Assembly (NCBI RefSeq): GCF_036321535.1
Contig: NC_087437.1
Coordinates: forward strand, 106,394,001-106,458,000
DNA: 64,000 nt
Origin: Camelus dromedarius
Taxonomy: Eukaryota
Direction: 5' to 3'
Shown: piece after piece, positions 27,401 through 40,529 of the stretch
Numbering within the stretch: the stretch's first letter is position 1
Layout of the letters: the number at the start of each line of letters is the position of its first letter
Program-made: the position numbers and the translations under genes
The notes under the pieces: model-generated
The model's database searches: none
What the model was told of the DNA's origin: nothing
Seen by the model: the letters and a program-made list of their open reading frames with translations, nothing else

Positions 27401-27725
27401 TCTTTTATTGTGATAAAATATATATAACACAAACGTTGCTATTTTAACCATTTCAAGTGGGGCATTACGTACATTCACACTGTCGTGAAACCATTACCAT
27501 CATCCATCTCTAGAACTTTTTCATCTTCCAAAACTGAAACCGTCTTCTCATTACAGACTAACTCTTCATTCCCTTCTCCTCCCAGGCCCTGACCATATCT
27601 TGGCAGTCGTAAATAATGCTGCTATGAACACTGGGGTGCACGTATCTATTCAAATGAGTGTTCTTGTACCACCATTTTATCTTCAGTCTCTATAAATTTA
27701 TTACTCTAGACACTTAAGTCAAATT
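27401..27725 (-). mobile_element. Old L1 (L1MB-like) 3' UTR end fused directly 3' of the U6 copy
   Basis: The pattern tttattgtgataaaatatatataac...tacattcacactg...ctagaactttttcatc...tctctataaattt...tactctag is a typical antisense L1MB-type 3' end, with a decayed poly(T) near 27401. Confidence 0.8.
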
Positions 27726-27830
27726 AAAATACGGAACATTTCACAAATTTGCATCTCATACTTGTACGGGAGCCAAATTAACCTTTTCTGTATTGTTCCA
27801 ATTTAGTGTATGTGCTGCTGAAGTGAGCAC
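27726..27830 (-). pseudogene. Full-length U6 snRNA retropseudogene (5' part of a U6/L1 chimera)
   Basis: The reverse complement GTGCTCACTTCAGCAGCACATACACTAAATTGGAACAATACAGAAAAGGTTAATTTGGCTCCCGTACAAGTATGAGATGCAAATTTGTGAAATGTTCCGTATTTT aligns end to end with U6 (GTGCTCGCTTCGGCAGCACATATACT...TTCCATATTTT). The ACAGAGA box and AGC triad are mutated. Confidence 0.92.
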
Positions 27831-28104
27831 TGTATGTATACACTTTTGAAACCCTCTAAGACGTCCTTCAAATTATTTGAGTGGGGACTAAGAACCAAGA
27901 CGTTTACCTAGTGATATCTGTTAGTTTTCTTTTTATTTGACAAAAGCTGTTTGATCAGAAAGCTGTAACAATTTAACAATTATAGCTCTTACTGAAGTTT
28001 CACATATGAAAACTTCAGAAAACTGCTTTTTGATATCATTTTGCAACCTTATAAATAGCAAGAAGCATATGTTATCTGGTCATAGTCATGAGGTAAAGAA
28101 AAAG

Positions 28105-28285
28105 TTTTTTTTTTAATTGAAGTATAGTTGATACACAATGTTGTGTTAGTTTCAGGTGTACAGCAAGGTGACTCAGTTATACATATACATATTCTTTTTC
28201 ATTATAGGATATTACAAAATACTGAATATAGCTCCCTGCGCCATACAGTAGGTCCTTGTTGTTTATTTTATACAGAGTAGTGTGA
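28105..28285 (-). mobile_element. 5'-truncated L1 3' UTR end
   Basis: Poly(T), then aattgaagtatagttgatacacaatgttgtgttagtttcaggtgtacagcaagg...gtaggtccttgttgttt. Probable TSD aaaaagtttt on both sides. Confidence 0.85.
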
Positions 28286-29280
28286 AAAAAAAGTTTTAAT
28301 GTAATAAAGGTCCCATTATGAATGACTATGCTTTCAAGTCTGGCTAACATACATGATACTTTTCTTATGGTATATGTCACATCAAAAGGGGCATGATTGG
28401 CAACTTTCCTTTCTATCAAACATGTTCACTATGATTTGAGCATAAACCGATTTTAATTATTTCAGGCCTCAGTAATCATCAACAAAATGAAGGCAGGTTT
28501 TGACAAGAGTAATTTAGAATTTCAAACAGCAGTTTCCTCTCAACATCTCCTACCTCCTGCCTAAAACCTAGAAGGTGAAATTTGGTTTGCCTCTAGGGTT
28601 CCTTAAATAAAAATAGTGTAAAACGCTAACAGGCTTAATCATGTTAATATGATATGTTCCCTTTTGCACTCCCAGCTCTCCGTTCTTCATGCCCCAGGAA
28701 GTTCCTTTCTAACTTGGCAAAGCTTCAGAAGCAGCTCGCTGCAGCTTCAGAGCTCCCCTTCACTAAGCCAGCCTCTGGAGGAGAAGGAGTGACTCGTTTG
28801 CCAAGGCCAGGCTGGCTCAGGCTCTCGCTTCTGAGAGGCACGGGGCCTGCAGCTGGCCCTTCTTCCTTCTCTAACATGGCAAGGTCTGCCTGGTCTCCAC
28901 GGGCCTGAGGGGCAGCTTTATGAAGTTCAGTGTTTAAAGAGGAAGCAGAGGAACACAGAGTTCCTCTATCTGCTCTCAGGGGATGGGCAGACTCTCTAAA
29001 TACCATCCAGGCCAAAGGCAAAGATACAGAGACGTGCAGGAGACAATACAAGTAGTCACCGTTTGCGGTTTCAAAGAAGTAAGATTTAACTCATGCTTTC
29101 ATGAGCACATGTAAATAAATATATTTATTAAAGAAGTAAACACATTAAATAGGCTATTTTAAATTCACCACCTTAGGTCAACAGCTCTATCAACAGTGGC
29201 TGAAATTAAACAACACCCTAACCTTGGCTTTTGGAGCATGTTTCTCACCCCAAATCCAAAAGACTTTTTCTGAATAGTGC

Positions 29281-29470
29281 TTTTTTTTTTTTTTAAACTG
29301 AAATATAGTTAGTTACAGTGTGTCAATTTCCAGTGTACAGCACAATGTCCCATCATGCATATATATATACATATATTCATTTTCGTATTTTTTTTCATTA
29401 AAGGTTATTCCAAGATATTGAATATAGTTCTGTGTGCTATACAGAAGAAATTTGTTTTTTATCTATTTTT
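29281..29470 (-). mobile_element. 5'-truncated young (camelid-type) L1 3' UTR end
   Basis: Poly(T) followed by the reverse complement of the 3' UTR seen at 51200-51390. Confidence 0.85.
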
Positions 29471-30444
29471 TGATTAGGTGAATCAACATTCTTTTGGACA
29501 CATGCTTTGTAATCTGGAATGGGTTCACAGACTGATGTCCTATTTTGGATGAGACATGATAGCCCACTGGCTGGCACTGCCTTTCTAAAGCAGGCTCTAA
29601 GCGCACATGGCAGGAGAAGTTAACAAAGAGTAATGGAGCTTATTCGACAGGGACTGCACTGCAAAATTTGTTTCTGACTAGAGCAAGAGGCAAGTGAACC
29701 TTCCTTCCCAACTCTTTCTCACGTGCAAACACACTCATCTCTTTCCCAGTTAGACTTTGTGGAAACAGATTTCAAAATTAATCTCAATTTGAACACATCT
29801 CTATATTCAGGTGGCAAATATCACTACAATTATTCCCCCTCTTTTAAAATATGAACCTTGAAGGCAGCTGCTTGTGAAAAACAAAATAACCAACCCTCAT
29901 TCAGTGTAAAATCATTGGTTGCTCTCCAGACTATGCTAAAAAAAAAAAAAAAAAAAAAAAAATCAGGACACATCTGCTGTAGAGTTTCCTGCCAGAAGTG
30001 GTCTAGGAGCCACCACTGTGGTCTGACTTCACGCCCCAGTCATTTTAGTTAGGACTTCTTTTTGGATTTTGATTCAAATCGCAGGGCCCTGCGTAAGAAC
30101 TGGTGAGTTAAGAAGAAACCTGGAAGCACACTGGGGCCTCACAGGCACCTGCAGAGCTTGGTGTCGGGGGCAATGCCTCCATGCCCCCGGGCCCCCACCC
30201 ATCAGAGAATGGCATAAAGACAGACACAAACCACCAGTGTGTCACAGTAATCACGATTTAAGGTAAAGTTCACAAAATTCGGAGTAAAAGGTGACAATGT
30301 GCTACATCAATTTTCCTGTTGTTTTTGAACCTTGACACTCCTGAATGGGGTCAAAGTGGAATCATCTTGTAGTGAGTATCTCTTCAAGTAGTGACAGGGC
30401 TTTAAAAACTTCATTTAATAAATTACAATAGGAATACTCCTGGA

Positions 30445-31210
30445 ATTGGTCTATAGACTCAATGAAATCCCTATTAAAATTTCAACTATCTTTTTTTTTT
30501 TTTGCAGATACGCGGAAAAAAGACTTTAAAATTCATATGGAAAAGCAAGGGACTCTGAATAGGCAAAACAATCTCGAAAAAGAACAAAGGTGGAAGACTC
30601 ACATTTCCTGATTCCAAAACTTTCTACAGAGCTACACTAATCAAATGGTGGGAGGCTGTAATAAGGATGGACATACAGATCAAAGGGATAGAACAGACAG
30701 CAAGAAATAAAACCCATATCTCTGGTCAACTGATATTTTACAAGGGTTTCAAGACCATTCAAGGCAGAAAGAATAGTTTTTTCAGCAAATGGTGCTGGGA
30801 TACTGGAAATCCACATGCAAAAGAATGAAGTTGGATCCTTACTTCACCTTATATAAAAATTAACTCAAAATGAATCAAAGATCTAACTGTAAGAGCTAAA
30901 CTAGAAAACTCTTAGAAAAAAACATAGATATAAATATTTTGACCTTGGACTGGCAATGGATCATAGATATAATACTAAAGCACAACCAACAGTAACCAAA
31001 AAATTGATAAAACAGACTTCACCAAAGTTTTACAATTTTGCATGTTCAGAGGATATCAAGAAAGTAGAAAGAAAACCTACAGAAAGGGAGATAATATTTT
31101 CAAATCATATATTTGATAGCTTAGTATCCAGAATCTATAAAGGACTTTTACAACTCCATAATAAAAAGGCAAACAGCCCAATTCAAAACTAGGCAAAGGA
31201 TTTTTAATAG
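30445..31210 (+). mobile_element. Decayed L1 ORF2 fragment
   Basis: L1 ORF2 hallmarks aaaattcatatggaaa, caaatggtgctggga, aaaagaatgaagttggatcc, aaaattaactcaaaatg; multiple stops and frameshifts. Confidence 0.85.
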
Positions 31211-33834
31211 ACACCACTTATTTATTCAGACCGAAAACATAATCCAGAGTAAGCCAGTGCAATGGCATGAGGTGAACAATGTGGTTTGTATTTAAGTCAT
31301 CTAAGGACTGCCAGTGTCCACCTGGATTGCAAGAAACAAGATCAATGTACCATCTTGAATTATACATATTAGTGTCTATAATCCATCTGCTAGAACAGCA
31401 GAGATTATGTTTATTTGTTTTAAATTAAACCTTTTGACATTCATTCTTCCTAGGAAGTACATTCTTTTTTAATATTGCTAAAGCATTGGCTTCCCCTTTA
31501 AAATTATGGATTAGAAATACAGAAAATAGCTGTTTGCCAGAGGGGAATATTATAAAAATTATTCAGTGAAATTGATGTTGTTTTCCTGAATAACTTCCAC
31601 GTCAATAATTTCCATATGTCAAGTTACATATGTCAGCTTTTAAAGGACCTTATCAATGACTTCTGTAGATCATCTGAATGACACAAACATTAGATTTATA
31701 TATATGTGATTAAACTCCTAAGAAAAAGGTAACTTACATAGCATATTCAAAAGAGGTATAGAGAGCTAAATGTCTACAAAGCACTAAACTAACCACTATG
31801 GTTGAGTTAAATGCTTAAGGGCTTTTACAGACCAGTTGGGTCTAAGGTATGAACTCACTGGCATTGACGTGTCCTATATTTTGCTATTTTAAGACATTTC
31901 AACATGGCGGTCAAAGCGTCAGAAAACCAGGGTGCTATCATTATAGTATACTTTCCCATTTTGAGGATTAGTACACTTATACGTAGGTTCACTTGACAAC
32001 GTTTTTCATTTTCTTGTTTATAAAATGAGTGGTTCTATTTTGGAAGAGTAACTGTCTTGCTAAGAGAGTGACAAAGATACACACTTAGAGGTAGGCAAAT
32101 AAACCCTGGTCATACCTGTAATTCAGGTAATAATATTGGAGAAAATGTGAATAAGGAGCTCTAAGACTATTGTAAAATTAAAGGAAGAACATGATTTTGG
32201 AAATTTATGATACAAATACATGTCCTTATTTCCAAATACTTAAATCAGCTGTAAAATATAAAATCTACATATACTTAAGTCATTCTTATGAAAAACAATA
32301 AGAACGGAAAAAGTTAACAGTTCTCTCATTTTATTTACTTTTCCAATTTTTTTCTCCCTGATGCCCTTCCTTGACTAACAATTATACACAAGATACTTAA
32401 AATTCTCAGTAGTAATGGATGTTCCATTTTTTGTTTTTGGTCTGGCAAGCGCTACAAATATTCTATTTTAAACCTAGACAACGTTGGATTCATTAAATCC
32501 CAAAATTAATAGGTTTATTAGGAACAGAGAATGGAAACACTGTCCTTGAAATAAACATGCTATATTTTCCCCAAAGAGGAGAAGATTTTATCAAGAGGAC
32601 ACAGTCAAATTGTAATAAGAAATTATAAGCATTCTTTCATTAACTTGAGTTTTTTGATCTCTGGACACATTTTTCAGTCCCACCCCATTCACTGGATTTG
32701 CTCAGCCAGAGACCCTTCCAACATCTGGTTTATAATAATTCATGTTTGGACTAATTTTCTGAATGCTAAAAGAGCTGCTCCCCCAGGGTATGAAACAAGT
32801 ATGCCTTTCTCAGAAATTGGTTATTATAGCATTCTGCGAAACAGCCGTCTCCGAGTTGAGAGTTGCCATTTTTAGCCTTGAGGTAGCTGCAAAATGAAAC
32901 ACTTTGATAAATAACCCCAGTGCTGACAGAAGACTAGAATCCTTTTAGCAGAGATTTAAGAAAGATTACAAAGGGTAAAAAAACCCCCAATCATTTTAAA
33001 CAGCATATTGCCAAAGCAAAGGTGCGAAGGAACAATAGTAGAGATGAAGGCATTCTGCCTTTTTGAAGGGTTAGAAGATGAGTAAAACACATACGGACAT
33101 TGAAAAAGAGGCATATTTTCCTTAAATTAATGATTCTATCATTTGCTGAATGGAAAAAAATAAAATCCTAAACAGCTATTTAAAATGAATAAGAGGATTT
33201 TTTTCCCACCTCTACAAACAACGCCTTAAGCCTTTCTTTGCAGAAAATTTGTAGGCAAACACTTTTTTTTTTTTAAAGGAAAACATTAAGTAATAAATGA
33301 CTGTGCCTAGGAACCTGGACATAATAATAAGTCAAACTGAACTGAAAAATCATTACAAAGTAATAAAAGACAAACTTTTATAAAACTAATAGAGTAGTTT
33401 TGATAATTCATATTTCTTGGTGGAGCACATCAAACAAACAGCCTCAGATGCCGCTTGATGGGAGAGTCAAACCAGACAATATACATAATTAGTCAGGTGT
33501 CAAGGTATCTGAATTGGGCAGATCATCAAATAGCAGAGGGGCATGCAAACCATAGAGGACAACAGTGTAACATGTAATTCATTAGGACCTGAGACCTCTG
33601 CTTTCTTCTTTATTTTGATACCTTTGCCAACTGCACCCACTTTGCTGGCTTGATCAATTACAGCTTTGGAGAATGCTGTGACTGAGGAAAGAGATCTGTT
33701 CTGTGCAACGCTACGCTAGGTGCTGCGGAGGGTGCTCAGGGTGGGTCTTCAGGGTTCTGGAGGAGTCCACCTGATCAACCTAACCTAAGGAGCATCTACC
33801 GTGTAGCCTGGGGATTCGCTTCAACCTAGTCTAT

Positions 33835-34270
33835 GCTCACTGACACCTACAGAGTACCAGGTTCTCTGTTGGATCCCGAAGATACAAGCATGACCATGAC
33901 ATGTTTTGGAAAAGCTCACAGGAAAGGGGGTGGTGGTGGACATGTAAACAAACAATGAATACAAAGCAGAGTACAGTACTGGAGGTGGATACATGGTGCT
34001 TTAGACCCTGAGGTTCAGTAGAAGAAAATTCTGCCTGGGAGAGGAGAATGGGTAGCAGAGAGAGCATGAATTTTGGACTCGTGCAGACCCTGGCTCCAAT
34101 TCCACTTTCATCACTTCACTGTCTGTTAAGGGCAAGTTAGTGACCTCTATCTAAGGTTCAGTTTCTTCAGCTGTAACTTGGGGGCGCTGTTGCTGAATTC
34201 ACCAGTTGTCACTAGATCATATGCTGCATTTGTGTGAATTACAGGAAAGCCCCACTAGGCTCTAGTCAGT
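33835..34270. mobile_element. L2 3' end remnant followed by a MIR remnant
   Basis: cactgacacctac...gtaccagg...aagctcacag (L2 tail), then cagaccctggctccaattcca...gggcaagttagtgacctct...tcagtttcttcagctgtaa (MIR). Confidence 0.55.
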
Positions 34271-34865
34271 CACACTTCACGGTTCTTAACAGATTTGATG
34301 CCAATTCCCACATTCACCCTTTTCTTTCTGGTGTGGCTAGGTTCTTAATGGTTTTTACCCATAACAGAGAATTCTACCCTCGTGGGAGCATAAATCAACG
34401 GAAGCAAGCAGACCCGTGTCATGAAAGATCCTGGCAGTTCCTTGGGACTAGTGAAAACCGTTCCTCTCCTGAACAACTATTACCCTTATTTAACAAAATT
34501 ATTGTATTTCTCTCCAGATGTTTACTGCATTAAACATACCCTAGTTGCCTGCATTTATAAGCACAAACTTTCATATAAAAAACATACATCTGTAGGTTCT
34601 TTTGGATCTTGTCCTTTTACCAGCAGCTCTGAATTTTAGTATCCTTCTTATTGACACTGAACTAACTCCAAATCTAAAGTCTGATTACAAACAGAATAGG
34701 CAGATGTTGCAAATCAGACTGATGACAAAGCATTTCATCAGAAACCATTAAATGTACCAGATACACACTGGAAGAAGTCTGTGAAGAGCCTCTATAGAAA
34801 GGAAGCTAAGAAAACAACAACTTCTATTATGGAAAATTTCAAGTGTATGAAAAAGTAAAGAGGAT

Positions 34866-35166
34866 TGAAAAAGAATATGGAAAGTAATATATGTATGTAT
34901 ATGTAGGACTGAAATATTATGTTGTACACCAGAAATTGACACAGCATTGTAAACTGATTATACTTCAATTTAAAAACTTAATAAATAAATGAAGCTTAAA
35001 AAAAAGTAGAAGATACCACAGAGAACTTCCACTCAGCTTAAACAAAAATGAATATATGTATGTATATGCATGACTGGGACACTGCTGTACACCAGAAACT
35101 GACACATTGTAACTGACTGTACTTCAATTAGAACAAAAAAACAAAAAAACAAAAAAAAACCCCCAG
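34866..35166 (+). mobile_element. Two adjacent, independent young L1 3'-end insertions (about 34866-35000 and 35046-35166)
   Basis: Both carry tgtacaccagaaa(t/c)tgacaca...ttgtaa...tacttcaatt plus an A tail. The second has a perfect 16-bp TSD cactcagcttaaacaa (35030-35045 and 35167-35182). Confidence 0.85.
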
Positions 35167-36846
35167 CACTCAGCTTAAACAATTAGCACCCATGGCCAAT
35201 CTTGTTTCATCTGGATTCCTACTTTAAAAGTAAATTATTTTAAAATGTTCCTTCAAATGAAGAACTATGTAAGACAACTAAACTCAGCCCAGAAAAGCCA
35301 TTCTCCCTAGGGGGTGCTCTTCTTTTGCTTTGATGTTAGGGTCCCAAATGCTCCACAGACCTATTTAATTGAAGTTCATTTATGCAAGCTTCTCTTCCCC
35401 CAGGAAACAGCCATTTAAAAAGGGAGGCAAAAAAATAAAAATTGTAAAAATTATCTTTCAGGATTTGGTGTTCAGTATATTTAGAATGACAACCTATTTT
35501 TTAAAGTAACATGCTCTTAATTCGACTGAATAGTTTTTCTACAGAAAAAACTGTGACTCTAATTATCTGAATAGTCTCCCTGTCACTGAGATTTGATGTT
35601 TTGTGCGTGGCCCCATTCTGGGGCATTTTGTAATACTCAGGATATCTGAATCACCATCTGTTCTGTGGAACTGTGACTCATTAGTGGCCACTGTTTTCAG
35701 CAGTATTTTGCTCAATAAAAAGTTCTGATAATTTAATTAGAGTCGAATGTAATTACTGGGTGAGAGTGAAATATTCTAGTCCTTGGCAATGGCGTGCTCC
35801 TCTACAGTTTCGTATTACTGGCAACACCTCAGTTGAAGTTGCTTATGAAAATAAGCTTGTTAAGATGGCTATAAGGCAAAAAACACATTCTGCTAGAAGA
35901 TGTGAGCTTCAGTTCCTAATAATGTGATGATTTCTTTGATTTTGTCTCTTCTACAACTTATTGGAGAACTTTCTTATACTTATTTAATACACAGTCTTTT
36001 AAAGTTTCCTTACAAATATCTATCCGATAAACATCTAACAAGAACATTCATTTCTTATAGAAATGATTCCATACACTAATACTCAATACTGAACAGACCA
36101 TTATCATCTGATAAGTGCCAAATACTTGATAGTAATACAACCAACACTTGCAAGGCATTACTAAGTTCGGAAAAAAAGAGCAGAATGGTATTGGCATGAA
36201 ATGTAAAAATCAGGCCAAGTGGTATTTTGGGCACTTCAAAGCAGGAATTCTTGCCTCAGCACACCCATCTACACCATCCTGGGTGTTCTGATTTCAGATA
36301 ACCCACGTCTACCTCCAAGCCAGTTAACAAAGGGCAGGACTCATTATGGAGAGTCCTGTGCTCCCCGGGATATATGTGACATAGGCAAGTTTCTAAGGTT
36401 GTTAAGCTTGAGTTTCTTTACCTGAAAAATAGGACTATCATACCACTCATAAGCTTGTGATAATAAAGAATTAAGAGATGGAGAAAGGGTTGTTTTTAGT
36501 AAACTGTAAAGTACGAAAGCATCATAAGGTGATACTTAGAAGACTGTCTAAATTAGAGGATTGTTGACAAGTATAATCCAGTAACAAGTTGCTCATTATC
36601 CCACAAACAGACCAAAAGTCAAGTACATTCTCCCGCCTTTGTAAGTCTGCATAGTTAAGACCTGATGTGATAGTTAAGATGAAAGCTAGTTCTGCCCTCG
36701 AGAATTTCACTGTAAAAGGTAATCTACTCTTTCCTTCCACGTATTAGGTAACACTGGTGGATCCTGATGCAGACGAACTCAGTTCCCTGGTACCTTCCTC
36801 CAGGAGGAAGACATGTTTATATACATAGCATCAAAAGAAGAGCTCA

Positions 36847-37095
<249 letters not shown>

Positions 37096-37825
37096 TTATT
37101 TTTCTTGTGTTCTCATTTTTTGTTCTTTAACTTTGGAGCTGCTTTAAACTTCCCATTATATTGTATGCTTGTAAACATACAATATAAAACCAATTGAAAA
37201 GGTAATTTTTGTCCAACTCTGATTCCTTATATTGAAATTCCTAAATAATCTCTGATGCCCTAAATATATGTCTTCGCAAATTTTCCAATAGATAGGATCA
37301 CATCTTACTTAATTTGACTGGATATTTCATGAGAGATATTTGAAAAATTCTTCTGTTTAAGGAAGTGTAAAATTTCAGATTTTCAGAAATAGATCCCAGT
37401 TGTCAAGCTTTAAAAATGGGGAAGTGTAACACTTAGCACTACAAAGCTTCATTTAGTCTCACGTTACATCCAAGCATTACAATCTAAATAGAGTTTATAG
37501 GTTGTCCTCAGTTTAGTGTGAACCAGATTTTAGCGGTTTCGGTTTACACAATTTTCGTTTTCTTCATTTTAGTCATCAGAGTGTGAAATGGCTCCTTAAG
37601 AATCAGTAGCAGCAGACACTTAAGATTTTTATATTCTTTGTTATTTTCATAACTCAGAGAGTGCCAAACCACACGGTGTCCTAACATTAACCTTCAGAAT
37701 TCACCAGGTACTGAAGAATTCTCACTTTAGAGGTCCAACACCATAGCTACTCTGGGAATAGCTAAAGATGAAAAGAGCAAGAACACTAGCTTTTCCAAGC
37801 TGCGTGATGACCGCACTCTGCTTAC

Positions 37826-37954
37826 CTGGGACCGGATCTGGGCAGCTTTCTTTGGATCCACCATGCGAACATGTTCAAAATGCTTTAGGGTGTGCTGCCT
37901 GTCTTTCTGTTCAGCACGGACATATTTCTTTAGCATGTTGAACACGTGACGGGG
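37826..37954 (-). CDS. APP: APP exon 12 (129 bp): [43 protein letters not shown]
   Basis: Acceptor tttttcccctccAG and donor GTaagc; phase 0/0; peptide visible in ORF 37727..37996. Confidence 0.97.
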
Positions 37955-39637
37955 CTGGAGGGGAAAAAACATGAAAAAATGTACAGGTTTGTCCAAAATA
38001 TCGTGTCTTCTGTTAGCTTTGGGTCAGAGCTAACAGAATTCCATTCCTGCTAATTCATTGCATGATGTGAAAGAACTATTGGGTCATCTTTTTGCAATGC
38101 TCCCTTCCAAACAATTCTCCATCCACTTCTTCCTAGGTAATGCCTTACCCCATTGGCCACTTTTCATCTCTATAAGGGCATTTAGCATTTGATACATATG
38201 ATGATGACTGTCCTTCTAAACATTTGCTTTTAGAATAGTGTATTCTGCTATAGAAGGAGCACTGATTTTGAATCTGTCAGATTTAAGTTAGGTCCTTCTC
38301 GTTTTCCCACCCAAATGAACAGGGGCACATATGAGACCACATTTCTATCTGCACAGTCTTAATGGTTATCTCACCAGTAATTGCTCCACAAATAATCTCA
38401 CCAGCAGCAACATATAATAACCAAAGTGAGAAAAATAATAGACCATTTAACCACTACTAATTTGCAGGTCAAGGAATAGCTGATAAACAACAAGAGATAT
38501 CATTTTCATAGGAGAAAGGCCAATGTGTTATTTATTTTTTTTTAGAGTTTAATTAAATTCTTTCTACGCCATCAGATTAGAATTCTTTCAGCAACAATTA
38601 AGTTTCTTAAGTGCTTCTATTTTTTTTCTAATTTCATTTCATTTTTATTCGTCTTACTTGAAAGCATTCATCCTAATAAAAAAAGGACAAAGTCTCCTTT
38701 CTCTGTCTTTAACAATTCTATTGCTAAATGCATTCTACTATATAATTCATGTAAAAAGATTTCCAAAGATACACATTTCTTCTTTGTTAAAACAACAAAA
38801 ATTACCTATGCAAGTTCATACCAGGAATAGAAATTTGGCCATTTGGGTCTAGCTAGTTATTATTAACTTGAGTCCTGGGTACCCTGAAAACAAGTTGGAA
38901 GGTGCTGAATTTATTTGCAGAGAGGGTGTGTGTGTTTTCCAATACTTAAGGGAATGTGCCTCCCCTTCTCTTTTTGCTTAATGTAGGGGCCACCTTCCTG
39001 ACCCCCAGGTGGAAGTGGTGTGATTTCTCTGTGCTCCCTTGAAATGCCATGCAAATCCTCATTACTGCACTTCACATATTCTATTAAATTGTGTATGTTT
39101 CTGACCACCCTCTTCAACTGTGAGAGCCTCAAGGGCCAGATTTGGTTCTTCTTTACCAGAAATCACACAACACACAGTGCCTGACTCCCGAAGGGTGCTC
39201 TGTGCTTGCCTCCTTTATGTCTTCCACAGGCCCCCTTCCTATACTTAAGAAAACAAACAAATACATACAGTGAAAAGCAAGTAAACCTAAGCTCATCTAT
39301 TTCTTTCTTTTATCCTAAAAGCACGTGCTTCTTCCTAACCCCCAAAAGGGCAGACATCACAGCTTGAAACATAGCTTTCTGCAGCACATCATTACAACTC
39401 CTATTTGTACTGCGAAATCCTGTTGACCTTGCAAATCAGAGAAAGGTCTTTTAAATCTTGACAGGAGAAAAGTAGTAAGAGAGGTAACAACTGACAAACT
39501 CCATCGATTAAATATATAGGTAAAAGATAGTAAGTTTAAACAAATTCATTTGGAAAAGGTAATTTTGGGGTCAGAAATCAAAGGCTTTCGAGATTTGCAA
39601 ATTTAACTACTATATAAAAAAACAGATTAAAACCCCA

Positions 39638-39803
39638 AATTTCTTCTGTATAGCACAGGGAACTACATTTGGTATCTTGTAATTAATGGAAAAGAATATG
39701 ACAATGAATACATGTATATGTATGACTGGGACAATCTGCTGTACCCTAGAGTTTGACACATTGTAAATGACTGTACTTCAATAAAAAAAATAAAGAAAAA
39801 AAA
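39638..39803 (+). mobile_element. 5'-truncated young L1 3' UTR end
   Basis: aatttcttctgtatagcacagggaactac...tgactgggac...tacttcaataaaaaaaa. Confidence 0.85.
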
Positions 39804-40529
39804 CCAAAGGCCAAGTGTCATTGAATGTGATGGGTATTTTATATGCAGGATTACACAATCAGAGTATTACATACCCTTGATGCGTGTGCCTGATTCAACA
39901 CCAAAGCCTAAAAAACTCCCTCTAATTCTACTGCAATTACACGTCCAAGGTTAGAGACAGAAAGGATTGCAGCTAATTGCATTTATCCAGTGCGATCACC
40001 TGTATAGCTGATGGGCTGCATGTGCTTTCTCCATTGTACTATTTCATTTTTTTCCCTCTTGAAAAAGCTTTGCTGTTTTGAAGAAAATGGAACTTTTTCT
40101 TTAAGAGCTCATATAAGAAAAAAGACTTCAAATGAACATAAGGATTGTTTGTCATCATAATTTTTTTCCTCTTTTTTTTTTTTTTTTGTAGCTGGCCACC
40201 TATAAATGTTTCTGCAAGGCACGTTGTCCTCAGAGGACCGTCACCTCCAAGCATGTGAGCTGCGACATATTGGCTCCAAACTGGCTCTGGAATTGTTAAA
40301 GCCAGTCAATTTAAAAACAAACATGAGTCTCAAAATATCGAAGCCTGTTTCCTCATTTGTGCCATTCAGATAACAAACTTTTGCATAGCATACACGGGGA
40401 TTAGAAATGTGTGTTAGTTACCCAGCATAATGCTGAGCCCATCGCAGCTACTTAGTACACATTTATTTCTTCTACTCAGTCCTTGCCTCCATCCCCTCCT
40501 CATTTTCCTGTCCTCTAAACAATAATCAT

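Noticed and set aside
27726..27830. Functional U6 snRNA gene
   Set aside because: The ACAGAGA box reads ACAGAAA and the catalytic AGC triad is lost. There are many substitutions, it is fused to L1, and no convincing upstream PSE is visible.
29938..29962. Long poly(A) tract as the tail of a processed pseudogene
   Set aside because: I recognise no retrocopy body or TSD next to it, so I treat it as a simple mononucleotide repeat.
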